From a virus, in the IMG/VR virus record IMGVR_UViG_3300034022_001261: 64,000 nucleotides of DNA; one strand, written 5' to 3'. Numbering within the stretch: position 1 is the stretch's first letter; each line of letters begins with the position of its first letter. The notes under the pieces are model-generated. The model was not told the DNA's origin and made no database searches. It saw only the letters and a program-made list of their open reading frames with translations. Below are positions 1-9,565 of the stretch, piece by piece. A program made the position numbers and the translations under genes.

Positions 1-2
1 CT

Positions 3-212
3 GTAGCAATATATCCTTCGTCCTATATTGGCAGACATGAGGTTCTTCCAGTAACCAAGGGTGAAAGATATGCCTATTTGAGCACTGCCTGCTATGGGAC
101 TTCTTTTGATCAGCCAGAAGTGGTTGGGCAAGAAAATGGGCATAAAGCGTGGATGCCCAAACTAATAGAAGATTATCAAAAAAAGATATCTTTAAAAGAT
201 TACTCCCTTTAA
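3..212 (+). CDS. C-terminal fragment of a 2OG-Fe(II) oxygenase (prolyl-4-hydroxylase-like); 5' end lies outside the window
   Basis: Own translation of frame 3: VAIYPSSYIGRHEVLPVTKGERYAYLST...DYSL*. The H-x-V-x-P-V-T-x-G-x-R-Y pattern matches the distal His/Arg motif of 2OG-Fe(II) dioxygenases. Not in the ORF track. Confidence 0.7.
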   Translation, partial: VAIYPSSYIGRHEVLPVTKGERYAYLSTACYGTSFDQPEVVGQENGHKAWMPKLIEDYQKKISLKDYSL

Positions 213-284
213 TTAAGTAGTCAAAATGGCTATAATGGATTACTAATAATATAGTTCTCTGTTTTTAGTTAGGTAATATAATAC

Positions 285-579
285 ATGCTGTATAACGAAG
301 CAATAGGCTATGAGCAGCCTGGTTATAGTTTTTTAGGTACCTTAGAGATAAGGATTCCACGGAATATCAATTCCTTTAATTTTAAATAATATTAATATAT
401 ATTTAAATGGCCTCACTGACTATAGCAATAGCACTACCATTGGAATGATAACAATAGATTCAGTATCCAATGGGTATGTAACAATACAAGCCACTAATGC
501 CCAAGCATCAGCAATCATACAGTCTTCCAGCTTGGTAATAGGCCCTACCGCTGAAGCTAGTATTTTAATATCTAATTAA
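285..579 (+). CDS. Small hypothetical (probable virion) protein, ~97 aa, split by an apparent +1 frameshift at 360
   Basis: ATG 285 with AGGT at 271-274. Frame reads MLYNEAIGYEQPGYSFLGTLEIRIP-R(CGG 360-362) and soon stops. Skipping C360 gives GISIPLILNNINIYLNGLTDYSNSTTIGMITIDSVSNG...ILISN* ending TAA 577-579. Confidence 0.55.
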
Positions 580-626
580 AATTACTTCCCTAAAAGTCAA
601 CTTTAGGATAAACACACAACTGCCAG

Positions 627-633
627 TACTATA
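627..633 (+). promoter_or_regulatory. TACTATA motif, candidate phage late-promoter element
   Basis: Intergenic, 27 nt upstream of the ATG at 661. The same heptamer lies upstream of 4487 and 59229. Confidence 0.45.
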
Positions 634-660
634 TTTTTATGGCGGATAAATGGAGAAAAC

Positions 661-1587
661 ATGAGTACCAGCGTTTTAGTTAATGATAAAGTTCAAATTA
701 AAGTTAAATTTGTAGATAATAATCCAGTTACTGGAGAGCAGGTCAACGTAAGTCCGGCTACTGTTACGGTAAGTGTAAAAGACTATCTTAACGCACTAGT
801 CGATGCAGCTAAGTATCCATTAACTCAGGTAAGCGGATATGAATATTATATTGAGTTTACTCCAACTACTCCAGGTAAATATACAGTAGAATTCGTAGGG
901 ATATTAGAAGATTCTAGTACAATTATAGTTAAGCAAGTCCTATACGTTAATGATACTGATAGCAAATATAAGCCTTCGGTAACCCTAAAGGCGGATGAAA
1001 CTATATCATTTGCAGCAGACATATCTCCATTGTATTTAGACCCTGAAGAAGTATTGTATTTTTTTCCAGATGCGTCATTGTTGGAGGTTGGGGAGTTAAT
1101 ACATCACTACTCTATGGAAATAAAACAAATGTTTAGGCTTCAAGAATTAGATGATGGCTCTACTCTTAATTTCACATTATCTGAATACATTAAGGCTTCC
1201 GCATGCTGTGAGTTAAGTAGAAGTTATGGCTATGGTGGCGACGATGAATTAAGCCTTAAGTTGGCGGATTTGAGTATTACAAATAGAACTAATCCAAGAC
1301 AAAGTGTCAATAGAGGAAATGCTGTAACTTGGTGCCAAATAGCAGCAGCATTAAGAAAAGAAGTTGCAGCTTCAAGAATAGGTATGCGTGCAGTAATACC
1401 AAAGGGACTTCCAAGTCAAAAGGTTTCTGCTTCTGGTCTCAACTTTGATCCTTTAACTGGAACGGTTATCTATCCATTAACAGGTGCTGTAGTTTATCTT
1501 CCTGGCAGAGATCAATATGGATCTGTTATGAATGACACTTTCCAAGGTGGACCTATACCGACAAGGGGATTGAAGCAGTATGATTGA
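661..1587 (+). CDS. Putative head-tail connector/adaptor with N-terminal Ig-like domain
   Basis: GGAGA SD before ATG. The N-terminal half is beta-rich and Ig-like (KVKFVD...TPTTPGKYTVEFVG). The C-terminal half is helical (PLYLDPEEV...EYIKASACCELSR). It is the first gene of the neck-sheath-tube synteny. Confidence 0.45.
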   Translation: MSTSVLVNDKVQIKVKFVDNNPVTGEQVNVSPATVTVSVKDYLNALVDAAKYPLTQVSGYEYYIEFTPTTPGKYTVEFVGILEDSSTIIVKQVLYVNDTDSKYKPSVTLKADETISFAADISPLYLDPEEVLYFFPDASLLEVGELIHHYSMEIKQMFRLQELDDGSTLNFTLSEYIKASACCELSRSYGYGGDDELSLKLADLSITNRTNPRQSVNRGNAVTWCQIAAALRKEVAASRIGMRAVIPKGLPSQKVSASGLNFDPLTGTVIYPLTGAVVYLPGRDQYGSVMNDTFQGGPIPTRGLKQYD

Positions 1588-1957
1588 TCCTGCTAAAACT
1601 ATTAAACGCATCTTAAGGGAATACGGTCATGATGTTTTGATTCAAAGAAGATTAGATGATGATTTTTTATACTCAGAAACATTTGAACAAGTAACTACCA
1701 GGCACTATTTTCCTTCCAATGAAGCTATGGCTCAACTCCAAAGAGAAGACATAGAAGGCATAACTACAGGTATTGACTTGGTTTTCTATTTTGAAGCTGA
1801 CGTAAATCCAAAGCAGAATGATAGAATTTACGAAGAAGGAACTAATAATATTAACGGAGCAAACCTTTATTATATAGACTTTGCAGCTCCGGTACGCGGA
1901 AAATTTGGAAAGATAGTATACTGGATAGCTGGAGCCACTAAGGAAAGACCTAGTTAA
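1580..1957 (+). CDS. Putative head-closure (stopper) protein
   Basis: 125 aa, beta-rich, overlaps the adaptor stop. Size, position and the C-terminal YYIDFAAPVRGKFGKIVYW pattern fit SPP1 gp16-like stoppers. Mostly positional. Confidence 0.45.
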   Translation: MIDPAKTIKRILREYGHDVLIQRRLDDDFLYSETFEQVTTRHYFPSNEAMAQLQREDIEGITTGIDLVFYFEADVNPKQNDRIYEEGTNNINGANLYYIDFAAPVRGKFGKIVYWIAGATKERPS

Positions 1958-3612
1958 TGTTAATTTTATCACCTGGTCAAACTGGTAATTTTGAATTTAT
2001 ATTTAATCAAAATGGTAATTTTTATGATCCAACTTTAGGCGCAACCCCTTCTGATGTGATTGTTTCTGTTTACAGAGGTGATTTTGGAGCAGGTGCAATC
2101 ATAGATGGACCATATTCTTACTTCCAGCAAAATGTAGATTCAGCTGGTAATTATATTGAAAAAAGCTCCAATAACACTTTCTACTATGGTGATTATGGTG
2201 ATATACCTGGGCAAAATATTTCTACATATAATCTAACTAAATTTATATTTCATTATACAATACCTCAAAATTTGTTCCAAGGTAATTACTCAGTAGTAGC
2301 AACCACATACGACGGTGCAAATATTTTTCAGTATACTGCTCAGTTTCAAGTCCCTCAAGGGAGCATGAATATAGTTGGGTCTTATGCTGGAGGGGCAAAG
2401 GAATTGAGTACTTCTTACCGTCCGTCTTTTCAATCTCTAGAACAATATAAAACAAATTCTATTCTTTTGATAGGTCACTCAGATGCTATCGAAATAAACG
2501 CACCTGTAAGAATTGGTTCTATTCAAGAAGGAATTGACCTTCTAAAAGCTGATTTTAATTCGCCTTTGCTAAGGGGAATTTTTGATGCGTACGCGTGTGG
2601 GGCAAGAGACATATACATATGCTCGGCCGCTCCAATGAAGGAATACGTTGCAATAACGGGGGATAGATTAAACCCTATCCCAACTCATTCGTATGAAGAT
2701 GCTACCCCTATATTGATGAATTTCTATCAAAAATATTATGACAGATTAATAAATACCTACGCATCCTTAGAAAGATACGACAATATAGACATAATAGTTC
2801 CGTTAGAGGCCAGTATCATCGGCACTGGGAATGTAGATTTTGTTACTCAGCTAGCTACACATTGTCAAAATTTTCATGATGAAACTGGAGCAATTATGTT
2901 AGGAGTAATTGGGTCTAGATCAGATGGCATAAGTCCTAGCAATATAGAGGTTTTTGAAGAAGATATTAATTTTACTGATAAGTACACTATGTATAACCCA
3001 GATAATTCAATAGCCGGAGATATGGGTAAGTTTGTAATACCAATATACGGAGAGATTATTATCAATCATAATTTCTTAAACATATCATACACCTCTAGCG
3101 CTGCTGCTTCTGTAGCCGGTTTGCTGTCTGAAACAGCAGTAAATCAAAGTTTAATAAGAAAAAAAATTCCTTCAGCTTTTGGTTTGAGCGGAGTTAACTT
3201 AAGTCAAGCTGAAGTGGACAGATTAGATGCATTGGGTGTTAATACTATTATCCGCAATAATAGGAGCAGAAGAGGAAACTCCTATGAAATTTATTTGACT
3301 AACGATCATACTATGGCTAAAGCTAATTCTACCTATGCAAAGGCTCCTCAAATGAGGCTTATATCAATGGTGATAAATGAAATAAGAGCACTTGGGGATA
3401 ATTCAATTAGTAGATTTAGTGCTCAAAAATTAATTGAAGATGTAAAGAAAATGTTACAATTTCTAAAAACTAACAATATAATTAGAGATTATGCATTAGA
3501 AGCATACGCTGATTCTTTAGTCAAAGGAAAGATTTATTTTGATATTAATTTAACTTCTTCTTTAGGTTTAAGAAAAATATCTTTTAGTATTTCCTCAGGA
3601 CAAGGAGCATAG
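1957..3612 (+). CDS. Tail sheath-like protein (minor paralog) with N-terminal Ig-like extension
   Basis: The C-terminus (LDALGVNTII...RLISMVINEIR...VKKMLQFLKTNNIIRDY...IYFDINLTSSLGLRKISFSIS) has the sheath C-terminal domain pattern and parallels ORF 4487-5755. Confidence 0.65.
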   Translation: MLILSPGQTGNFEFIFNQNGNFYDPTLGATPSDVIVSVYRGDFGAGAIIDGPYSYFQQNVDSAGNYIEKSSNNTFYYGDYGDIPGQNISTYNLTKFIFHYTIPQNLFQGNYSVVATTYDGANIFQYTAQFQVPQGSMNIVGSYAGGAKELSTSYRPSFQSLEQYKTNSILLIGHSDAIEINAPVRIGSIQEGIDLLKADFNSPLLRGIFDAYACGARDIYICSAAPMKEYVAITGDRLNPIPTHSYEDATPILMNFYQKYYDRLINTYASLERYDNIDIIVPLEASIIGTGNVDFVTQLATHCQNFHDETGAIMLGVIGSRSDGISPSNIEVFEEDINFTDKYTMYNPDNSIAGDMGKFVIPIYGEIIINHNFLNISYTSSAAASVAGLLSETAVNQSLIRKKIPSAFGLSGVNLSQAEVDRLDALGVNTIIRNNRSRRGNSYEIYLTNDHTMAKANSTYAKAPQMRLISMVINEIRALGDNSISRFSAQKLIEDVKKMLQFLKTNNIIRDYALEAYADSLVKGKIYFDINLTSSLGLRKISFSISSGQGA

Positions 3613-3613
3613 A

Positions 3614-4387
3614 ATGGCGCAGAATGCTTTTGGTTTTCCAGAACCAAGAATTAACGATGTATCAATTAACAGAGCTTTTGGGGCACCACTCCAAGCAGCT
3701 GGAAATTTAACTTATCTTGAGTTTATAGCTGTAGTAAAATTGTTGTGGGAGAACATACATCCCGACATTCCAATCAAGCCCAATCACAGCGGATCCTATG
3801 CCTCTTTCCCTTCAATAATCTATGGTCTAGAAATTAGAAAACCCCACACTGTAGAACCAAAGCCAAGAAGTAGACAAGTTGTTGAAAATGATCACATGAT
3901 ATTTGGACAAAGATTTCAAAACGTAGTTTCATTTACTGTTGTTACCAAAGGGGATAGAGCTTCTTCTGCTTCAAACTTAGATGACGGTCGATACGTAGGG
4001 GCCGAAGTGGCTGATGCGTTAGCTGAAGTATTCGAAGATTTTATGCTAGAGTACACTCCTGTATTTAAGAGACTTGGTGCTTCAGAATTAGTATATGCTA
4101 GAAGATTAGCGGACTCTGAAGAAACCAGATCTAATATAGACATTATTAAAAGAACAATTACTTATTTGTTGACTACAGAAAAGTTAATCCAGACATCTGT
4201 TTCTGTCATAGAAAAAGTAGCCATAGACGTAAGAACTGCGATGTCTTATGAGGCAGGTTTGATTACAACCCCACAGGAAATACTCTTTAATAAATCTACT
4301 CCAGATTATAGCGATACTCCAGTTCAAATAGTCGATCTTTATAGTGCTACTCCAAGCGCTTCTGGCAATTTTCCATACGCTATATAA
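3614..4387 (+). CDS. Putative tail terminator/completion protein
   Basis: 257 aa, immediately before the major sheath. Alpha/beta pattern (EFIAVVKLLWENIHPDI...FQNVVSFTV...RTITYLLTTEK). Positional inference. Confidence 0.4.
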   Translation: MAQNAFGFPEPRINDVSINRAFGAPLQAAGNLTYLEFIAVVKLLWENIHPDIPIKPNHSGSYASFPSIIYGLEIRKPHTVEPKPRSRQVVENDHMIFGQRFQNVVSFTVVTKGDRASSASNLDDGRYVGAEVADALAEVFEDFMLEYTPVFKRLGASELVYARRLADSEETRSNIDIIKRTITYLLTTEKLIQTSVSVIEKVAIDVRTAMSYEAGLITTPQEILFNKSTPDYSDTPVQIVDLYSATPSASGNFPYAI

Positions 4388-4433
4388 AATCCAAGTAAAA
4401 TATTAAACGTAGTTGTTTTTATAGGTTGTGCGT

Positions 4434-4440
4434 TACTATA
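4434..4440 (+). promoter_or_regulatory. TACTATA motif, candidate late-promoter element upstream of the major sheath gene
   Basis: Intergenic, 46 nt upstream of ATG 4487, which also has a GGAGG SD. Confidence 0.45.
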
Positions 4441-4486
4441 GTTTGGGAACAGACCTAATATAGGCAAACCGGAGGTTCGAAATTCA

Positions 4487-5755
4487 ATGGCTCTACCTGG
4501 CGTAAAAACAATAATTAAAGATAGCTTTTATAGCATATCAAGACAGGATACTCCTGTTGGTCCAAGAATCTGCGTTATAGCTAAGCGCAGCACGGCTGAT
4601 GGGACCGGCAACGTTGCCGATCTTGACGTTGTGCAAGTAACTAGAGAAGAAGATGTCGTCACCGCTTTTGGTGAGGGATCTCAACTTCATAGAGCATATC
4701 TTGAGCTTATAGCTGCTGGAGCAGATAGAATCTTCATGGTTCCTCTTCCAAGCAACACTACCTGGAATCAAGGTGCAGGCACTGTAACTTCAGGTGGCAC
4801 TGATGTGTTTGATGACGCATTTGCTGCTGCTGAAGCTTCTATGCCAGATATTATCGTTCCTTGGGGTAGAGGCGGAAACGCTGCTGACTGGAACAACCCA
4901 GCAACCCCTGGCGATGATGAAGCACTTGGATTCAATGCAAACAACACAACCGACTATACTAAGAACTGGGCTTACCTGATCGGTGCTAAAGTAAAAGAAA
5001 TTAGTGAAAATACTAGCCCATGTTTCGCAGTCTTGGGGCTTAAGCCATACCTTGGAACCGGTGAAGTTATGACTCCAGCCAATGTTTCTACACACTTGTC
5101 TCTTGCAACTCTTCCTGACAGAAATGCAAAATCAGGCACTGATTATATCTGGAAAGATAATGGTCGTTATGTCTATGTTATCGCTGCAGAGCTTAAGCCA
5201 GTAGGATATGCATCAGCTAACAATCCCGACTACGGATATGCTAACGGAGCAACGACATTTGCAGCTGCTTTGAGCAGAATGGCTTCTTACGTAAGCCCTG
5301 TCAACAAGACAGCTTATAACGTCACTAGACTTCGTTACAACGCAACTAGAAGCACACTTACCAACAACACTAACACTGGCGTTGTAGATAAGGGCGTTAA
5401 TGCTATAGTTCTTAACTTTAATAAAGTGCCCATTTTTGCAGAGGGTTGCTCTTTTGCACCAGATACATCAGACTACACACGTATTTCTACTTCAAGAATC
5501 GTAAACGAAGCTGCTATGGTAGTTCGTCAAGTATGTCAAAAATTCGTTGGCGAACCTTCAACATTGCAGGTTCGTAACTCAATGGAAACAGCCATTACAT
5601 CAGGCTTGCGCGGAATGCAACAGCTCGGTGCTTTGTTGGACAGTGACTTCACGGTCTCTTACGTCCCATCTCAGAACAAGGCTATCATTGACCTGGTCCT
5701 GACACCTGCCTTCGAGCTTAAGAGCATCGAAGTCAGTATATCTGTCAGCCTTTAA
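4487..5755 (+). CDS. Major tail sheath protein
   Basis: Starts MALPGVKTIIKD, the typical sheath LPGV start. The C-terminal domain reads RISTSRIVNEAAMVVRQVCQKFVGEP...METAITSGLRGMQQLGALL...IIDLVLTPAFELKSIEVSIS. Strong SD and C-ending codon bias. Confidence 0.8.
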   Translation: MALPGVKTIIKDSFYSISRQDTPVGPRICVIAKRSTADGTGNVADLDVVQVTREEDVVTAFGEGSQLHRAYLELIAAGADRIFMVPLPSNTTWNQGAGTVTSGGTDVFDDAFAAAEASMPDIIVPWGRGGNAADWNNPATPGDDEALGFNANNTTDYTKNWAYLIGAKVKEISENTSPCFAVLGLKPYLGTGEVMTPANVSTHLSLATLPDRNAKSGTDYIWKDNGRYVYVIAAELKPVGYASANNPDYGYANGATTFAAALSRMASYVSPVNKTAYNVTRLRYNATRSTLTNNTNTGVVDKGVNAIVLNFNKVPIFAEGCSFAPDTSDYTRISTSRIVNEAAMVVRQVCQKFVGEPSTLQVRNSMETAITSGLRGMQQLGALLDSDFTVSYVPSQNKAIIDLVLTPAFELKSIEVSISVSL

Positions 5756-5792
5756 TAATAATATATTAAATACACCTATAGGAGGGTAAAAG

Positions 5793-6485
5793 ATGCCAAA
5801 TAACGGCGAATACTACGACTCAGCTGTAAATAAATACCTTAATACTTACACCACATTTTCTGGTGCAGATATTGTTGCCACTTTTGGCGGGAAAGAGATT
5901 GGCGCTCTTTCAGGTATTACATTTTCAGTAACAAGAGAAAAAGCACCAATCTACACAATGGGTTCTCCAAACCCAAGATCATTTTCTAGAGGCAAAAGAG
6001 GTATTGCTGGTTCATTGATTTTCACAGTCTTTGACCGCCCAGCTCTCTACCAGATGCTTGAATCGCATCATGGAACTGCACAGGAAATGAAATACTGGAC
6101 AAGATCCAGCAACACTCTTCCAGGTGATCCAAATCACAGAAGAGGAATTGCTGAGTTTGATGATCAGAGCAGAGACGTCGTAAGCAAGGTTCCATACTAC
6201 GCTGACCAAATTCCACCATTTGACATTACAGTAACCTTTGCCAACGAATATGGCCAAGGTGCAGTGAGATCAATTTATGGAGTTGAGCTTTTGAACGAAG
6301 GTTCTGGAGCTTCAATGGACGACATCGTAATTGAGGAAACCATGACTTACGTAGCCCGCGAAATCGGACCAATGTATACCATCTCTAACTCGCAACTTCA
6401 AAGATTTAACGGAAGCCTTTCTGATATAATCTCTCAAGATGCAGTAACCTCAAGCGGTTTAAACACTGAGATTATCAGACCATAA
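5793..6485 (+). CDS. Major tail tube protein
   Basis: Follows the sheath, with an AGGAGG SD. Sequence TFSGADIVATF...LSGITFSVTREKAPIYTMGSPNPRSFSRGKRGIAGSLIFTVFD...PPFDITVTFANEYG is tube-like. High-expression codon bias and a terminator directly after. Confidence 0.75.
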   Translation: MPNNGEYYDSAVNKYLNTYTTFSGADIVATFGGKEIGALSGITFSVTREKAPIYTMGSPNPRSFSRGKRGIAGSLIFTVFDRPALYQMLESHHGTAQEMKYWTRSSNTLPGDPNHRRGIAEFDDQSRDVVSKVPYYADQIPPFDITVTFANEYGQGAVRSIYGVELLNEGSGASMDDIVIEETMTYVAREIGPMYTISNSQLQRFNGSLSDIISQDAVTSSGLNTEIIRP

Positions 6486-6509
6486 TTAAATAGCAGTATT
6501 AGAAATCTT

Positions 6510-6549
6510 GAGACGTGGAGGATGAGCTTTATCCTCCACGTCTCTTTTT
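6510..6549 (+). terminator. Rho-independent terminator after the sheath-tube pair
   Basis: Perfect 14-bp stem GAGACGTGGAGGAT (6510-6523) / ATCCTCCACGTCTC (6531-6544), 7-nt loop, then TTTTT. Confidence 0.85.
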
Positions 6550-6564
6550 ACTTTAAGGATATAA

Positions 6565-7305
6565 ATGAGAAAAGATATTGATGAACTTAAGCTAGAGAAA
6601 AGACAAATATCTGACTACAACAATACGATATCTTCGGTTAGAAGAGATAAGGGTCTTCCCGATCCATTCTCCAATATGTCCTTTGCTGGAGTTGACATTC
6701 AGGCTACAATGGTTCTCCCGAGAATTGGAGACGATACTTCTAGCTCGGTTGGAGACTTCATTGAACTTGGCGAGCTTCAAACAATATCTTATTCCATACA
6801 TAGAGAAAACTCCCCGGTAAGAACTTTAGGCCATGTAAACGCTAGAGGATTTGTCAAAGGCTCTAGAACTATAGCTGGATCTTTAATTTTTACTGTATTT
6901 AACGAATATGCTTTCTATAGAATTGCTGAGTTCAAAAAAGCATTAGCTGAAAAAAACTACTCCCCTTTAGCAGACATGCTGCCCCCATTTGACGTTGTGT
7001 TAACTTTCTTTAACGAATATGGCCTAGCTGCTAAAATGAAACTTTTTGGATTAACCATTGTAGACGAAGGTCAAACAATGTCGGTAGATGACTTAATTAC
7101 AGAGCAAACATACACCTATATGGCCAGAGGTATTCAGCCTATGCTACAATTAGATGCTGCAGAAGATAGAAATATTTATTCTGACAACCCCGATGCTGCA
7201 CTAGTTGCTCAACAGACAGCTGAAACAACTATATCTACTAATTTTTTTGGAGATAACGTGGCAGCTTATAAAAACTTTATTAATCAAAGAATATCGAGGC
7301 TTTAA
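6565..7305 (+). CDS. Tail tube paralog (minor tube / tube initiator)
   Basis: Directly alignable by eye to 5793-6485: SFAGVDIQATM...LQTISYSIHRENSPVRTLGHVNARGFVKGSRTIAGSLIFTVFN...PPFDVVLTFFNEYG...MSVDDLITEQTYTYMAR. Confidence 0.7.
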   Translation: MRKDIDELKLEKRQISDYNNTISSVRRDKGLPDPFSNMSFAGVDIQATMVLPRIGDDTSSSVGDFIELGELQTISYSIHRENSPVRTLGHVNARGFVKGSRTIAGSLIFTVFNEYAFYRIAEFKKALAEKNYSPLADMLPPFDVVLTFFNEYGLAAKMKLFGLTIVDEGQTMSVDDLITEQTYTYMARGIQPMLQLDAAEDRNIYSDNPDAALVAQQTAETTISTNFFGDNVAAYKNFINQRISRL

Positions 7306-8342
7306 TGGCTCCAACAAATAGGTCTCCGTATCGTCCATTTACTTCATTCCTTCCTTATGATTTAAAGACTACTCCAATTAGTGGAGGAAATGGAAATGGT
7401 TTTTTTGACCCATTAAATCAAGAAATAGATCTCCAATGGGGTGGAGCTAGGCAAGACGAAGCTTTCAATAATTATTATGATTATTTTTTTTCTGGAGAAG
7501 ATGTAAAAATATTTATAGATGGATTATTTGATCCAGCTGACGAAATGGATATAGCCTCTATGGCCTACGTAGTCAAGCAAGAAAAGCAACCGTTGTATGG
7601 CTTTTGGTCGTATAACTACGATGCCATGATGAATGGTACTAGATTAATTACTGGAGAATTTTCAATATACTCTAGATACCCAAGAAGGATGACTTCCTTA
7701 TTGGAAAAAGCTGCAAAGGTAAGATCTGAAAGTTCAGGAACTAATCCACCATCTTCCGTAATTTCTTCTTTAAACTCATCAAATGAATCTCAAGCTGACG
7801 AAGTAAATATAAATAAATATTGGACTAGCACTCAATTAGATAGAGTAACCTCTGATAGGTCAGGTCAAATGAGCATAGCGGATCATGAAGATGGTGGTCA
7901 TAATATTTTTAGCGCTCATCCACCATTTAACTTAGTTATATTTTATGGAGTAGAAGAAACAGGAATTACATCTAATTCTATTTTAACTTATAAATCTGGT
8001 ACTGAAATTAATCAACAATTAAATTCTGATAGAATTTTAGCTACGGACATCAATGAAAGAAGCTCTATTAGTGCCAGTAATAGTCCAATGAAAATTGTTT
8101 TACAAAATGTACAACTAGTATCGATGTCTACCGCCTATCAAAGTGGAGGCCAACCCCTAGTTGAAAATTATCAATTTATAGCTAGAGACTTCTACTTCTC
8201 CAATGCTGACATAGGCGATAAGCCATTTATGGATAAGTCAGCCACTGTGCCAAGTGCAACGGAAAACACTGCGACTACAGGGACAACAACTTCAACTACC
8301 ACAGCTGGAGTACAAGTTTCTGGAACTGGCACACAACCTTAA
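7305..8342 (+). CDS. Third tube-like protein (baseplate-proximal tube/hub component)
   Basis: FFSGEDVKIFI...MAYVVKQEKQPLYGFWSYNYDAMMNGTRLITGEFSI...PPFNLVIFYG...LVENYQFIARD repeats the tube pattern with insertions. Thr-rich C-terminal tail. Confidence 0.55.
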   Translation: MAPTNRSPYRPFTSFLPYDLKTTPISGGNGNGFFDPLNQEIDLQWGGARQDEAFNNYYDYFFSGEDVKIFIDGLFDPADEMDIASMAYVVKQEKQPLYGFWSYNYDAMMNGTRLITGEFSIYSRYPRRMTSLLEKAAKVRSESSGTNPPSSVISSLNSSNESQADEVNINKYWTSTQLDRVTSDRSGQMSIADHEDGGHNIFSAHPPFNLVIFYGVEETGITSNSILTYKSGTEINQQLNSDRILATDINERSSISASNSPMKIVLQNVQLVSMSTAYQSGGQPLVENYQFIARDFYFSNADIGDKPFMDKSATVPSATENTATTGTTTSTTTAGVQVSGTGTQP

Positions 8343-8346
8343 TAAC

Positions 8347-8384
8347 TTGCTCAGGCAAAGTTTTAATGGTATTATGATATAATT
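8347..8384 (+). promoter_or_regulatory. Sigma70-type promoter candidate upstream of the chaperone-TMP block
   Basis: Extended -10 TGATATAAT at 8376-8384. Alternatively TTGCTC (8347-8352), 18 nt, TATTAT (8371-8376). Lies in the 68-nt intergenic gap. Confidence 0.4.
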
Positions 8385-8410
8385 CTAGAACATACTTTTA
8401 AGGAGTAAAA

Positions 8411-8920
8411 ATGTCAAATGAAAAAAAGGTAGTCATCTCTGCAGACGAAGACACTATTGAAGAGCTTAATCTTGAAGAGGTTGCTACTTCTGAAATCCCA
8501 TCTATGTTAGACGATCAAATCAATGATGACTTAGGTCCTCAGTCCGTAGAAGACTTAGACGACGCTGAAGAAATTTGGGACAATGGCCCAACTGCTGGCA
8601 TGATTAAAGCATGGAAAGAACTTCATGGCGATGTATATGTTACTTCTTTAACTTTTGAAAAGCATGTTGTTTGGAGAACTTTGGCTCGTAGCGAATACAA
8701 GCAATTGGTTAAGAAGATGGAGCAGCTTGTCCAAGCTGGTCAATTATCTACTGCAGAAGCTAATCTTTGGAACGAAGAAGCAATTACAGAGATCTGCTTA
8801 CTATTCCCGGACTACACTAAAGTATCTATGGCAGACGATATGGCTGGAATTCCTTCGCTTCTATCTCAAGAAATTCTTGAGGCATCTGGTTTCGTAGCAC
8901 TTGAGGTGCGCCAGCTTTAA
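8411..8920 (+). CDS. Tail assembly chaperone (paralog 1)
   Basis: AAGGAG SD and an acidic N-terminus. Located between tube genes and tape measure. Core HGDVYV...WRTLARSEY...LFPDY...AGIPSLLSQEILEASGF. Confidence 0.6.
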   Translation: MSNEKKVVISADEDTIEELNLEEVATSEIPSMLDDQINDDLGPQSVEDLDDAEEIWDNGPTAGMIKAWKELHGDVYVTSLTFEKHVVWRTLARSEYKQLVKKMEQLVQAGQLSTAEANLWNEEAITEICLLFPDYTKVSMADDMAGIPSLLSQEILEASGFVALEVRQL

Positions 8921-9550
8921 ATGATAGATCCTGAAGTTCTTGTAGAATTAAAGATTAAATATGGTCCCCTTTATAGCGTTAGCGTAAAGGGGATTGATCT
9001 TCTCTTTCGAGAATTAACTTTTGGAGAGTTCGACAGAATATCAGAATACCAAAATTCAGATGGTTATTCTTCCGCCGATGCCGAGGATTTCATCCTAGAA
9101 AAAACGGTAGTATATCCTGAGAATTTTAATATAGATAAAATTCCAGCAGGAGCTGTAAGCGCAATATCTGAAGAAGTTTTAGATGCTTCCGGCTTTGCTT
9201 CTGCCCGTGTAGCAAAAAGGATCATGGACCAAAAGAGGTCTGAGGCCGGCGAAGTAAGATCATTGATGAAAGCCTTTGTACTCGCTACTATTAACACATA
9301 TACCCCAGAAGACTTAGATAATTTTACTTTTTCTCAATTAGCAGAAAGAGTTGCATTAGCTGAAAAAATTATAGAAATCCAGCAATCAACTTATGGCATT
9401 GAGCCAACGCAAATTAAACTAGACATCATTGATCCAGAAGAAGAGATGATGAAGCAGCAGGCGATAGCTGCTCAACACGATGCGAAACGCAAAGAAGGCG
9501 AAGCACGCTATAACGATCCGATTGCCCAAAAACTTATGGGTAGTTTGTAA
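8921..9550 (+). CDS. Tail assembly chaperone (paralog 2)
   Basis: KYGPLYSV...FRELTFGEF...VYPE...AGAVSAISEEVLDASGF parallels the previous ORF. GAGGTG SD-like sequence 12 nt upstream. Confidence 0.6.
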   Translation: MIDPEVLVELKIKYGPLYSVSVKGIDLLFRELTFGEFDRISEYQNSDGYSSADAEDFILEKTVVYPENFNIDKIPAGAVSAISEEVLDASGFASARVAKRIMDQKRSEAGEVRSLMKAFVLATINTYTPEDLDNFTFSQLAERVALAEKIIEIQQSTYGIEPTQIKLDIIDPEEEMMKQQAIAAQHDAKRKEGEARYNDPIAQKLMGSL

Positions 9551-9565
9551 ACTTAGGAGAAAAAA

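Noticed and set aside
8914-8923. TTTAAAT slippery-like heptamer at the chaperone junction
   Set aside because: It is not phased as X-XXY-YYZ relative to the upstream frame (CTT-TAA-ATG), and the two ORFs are already in the same frame, so a -1 shift would not join them.
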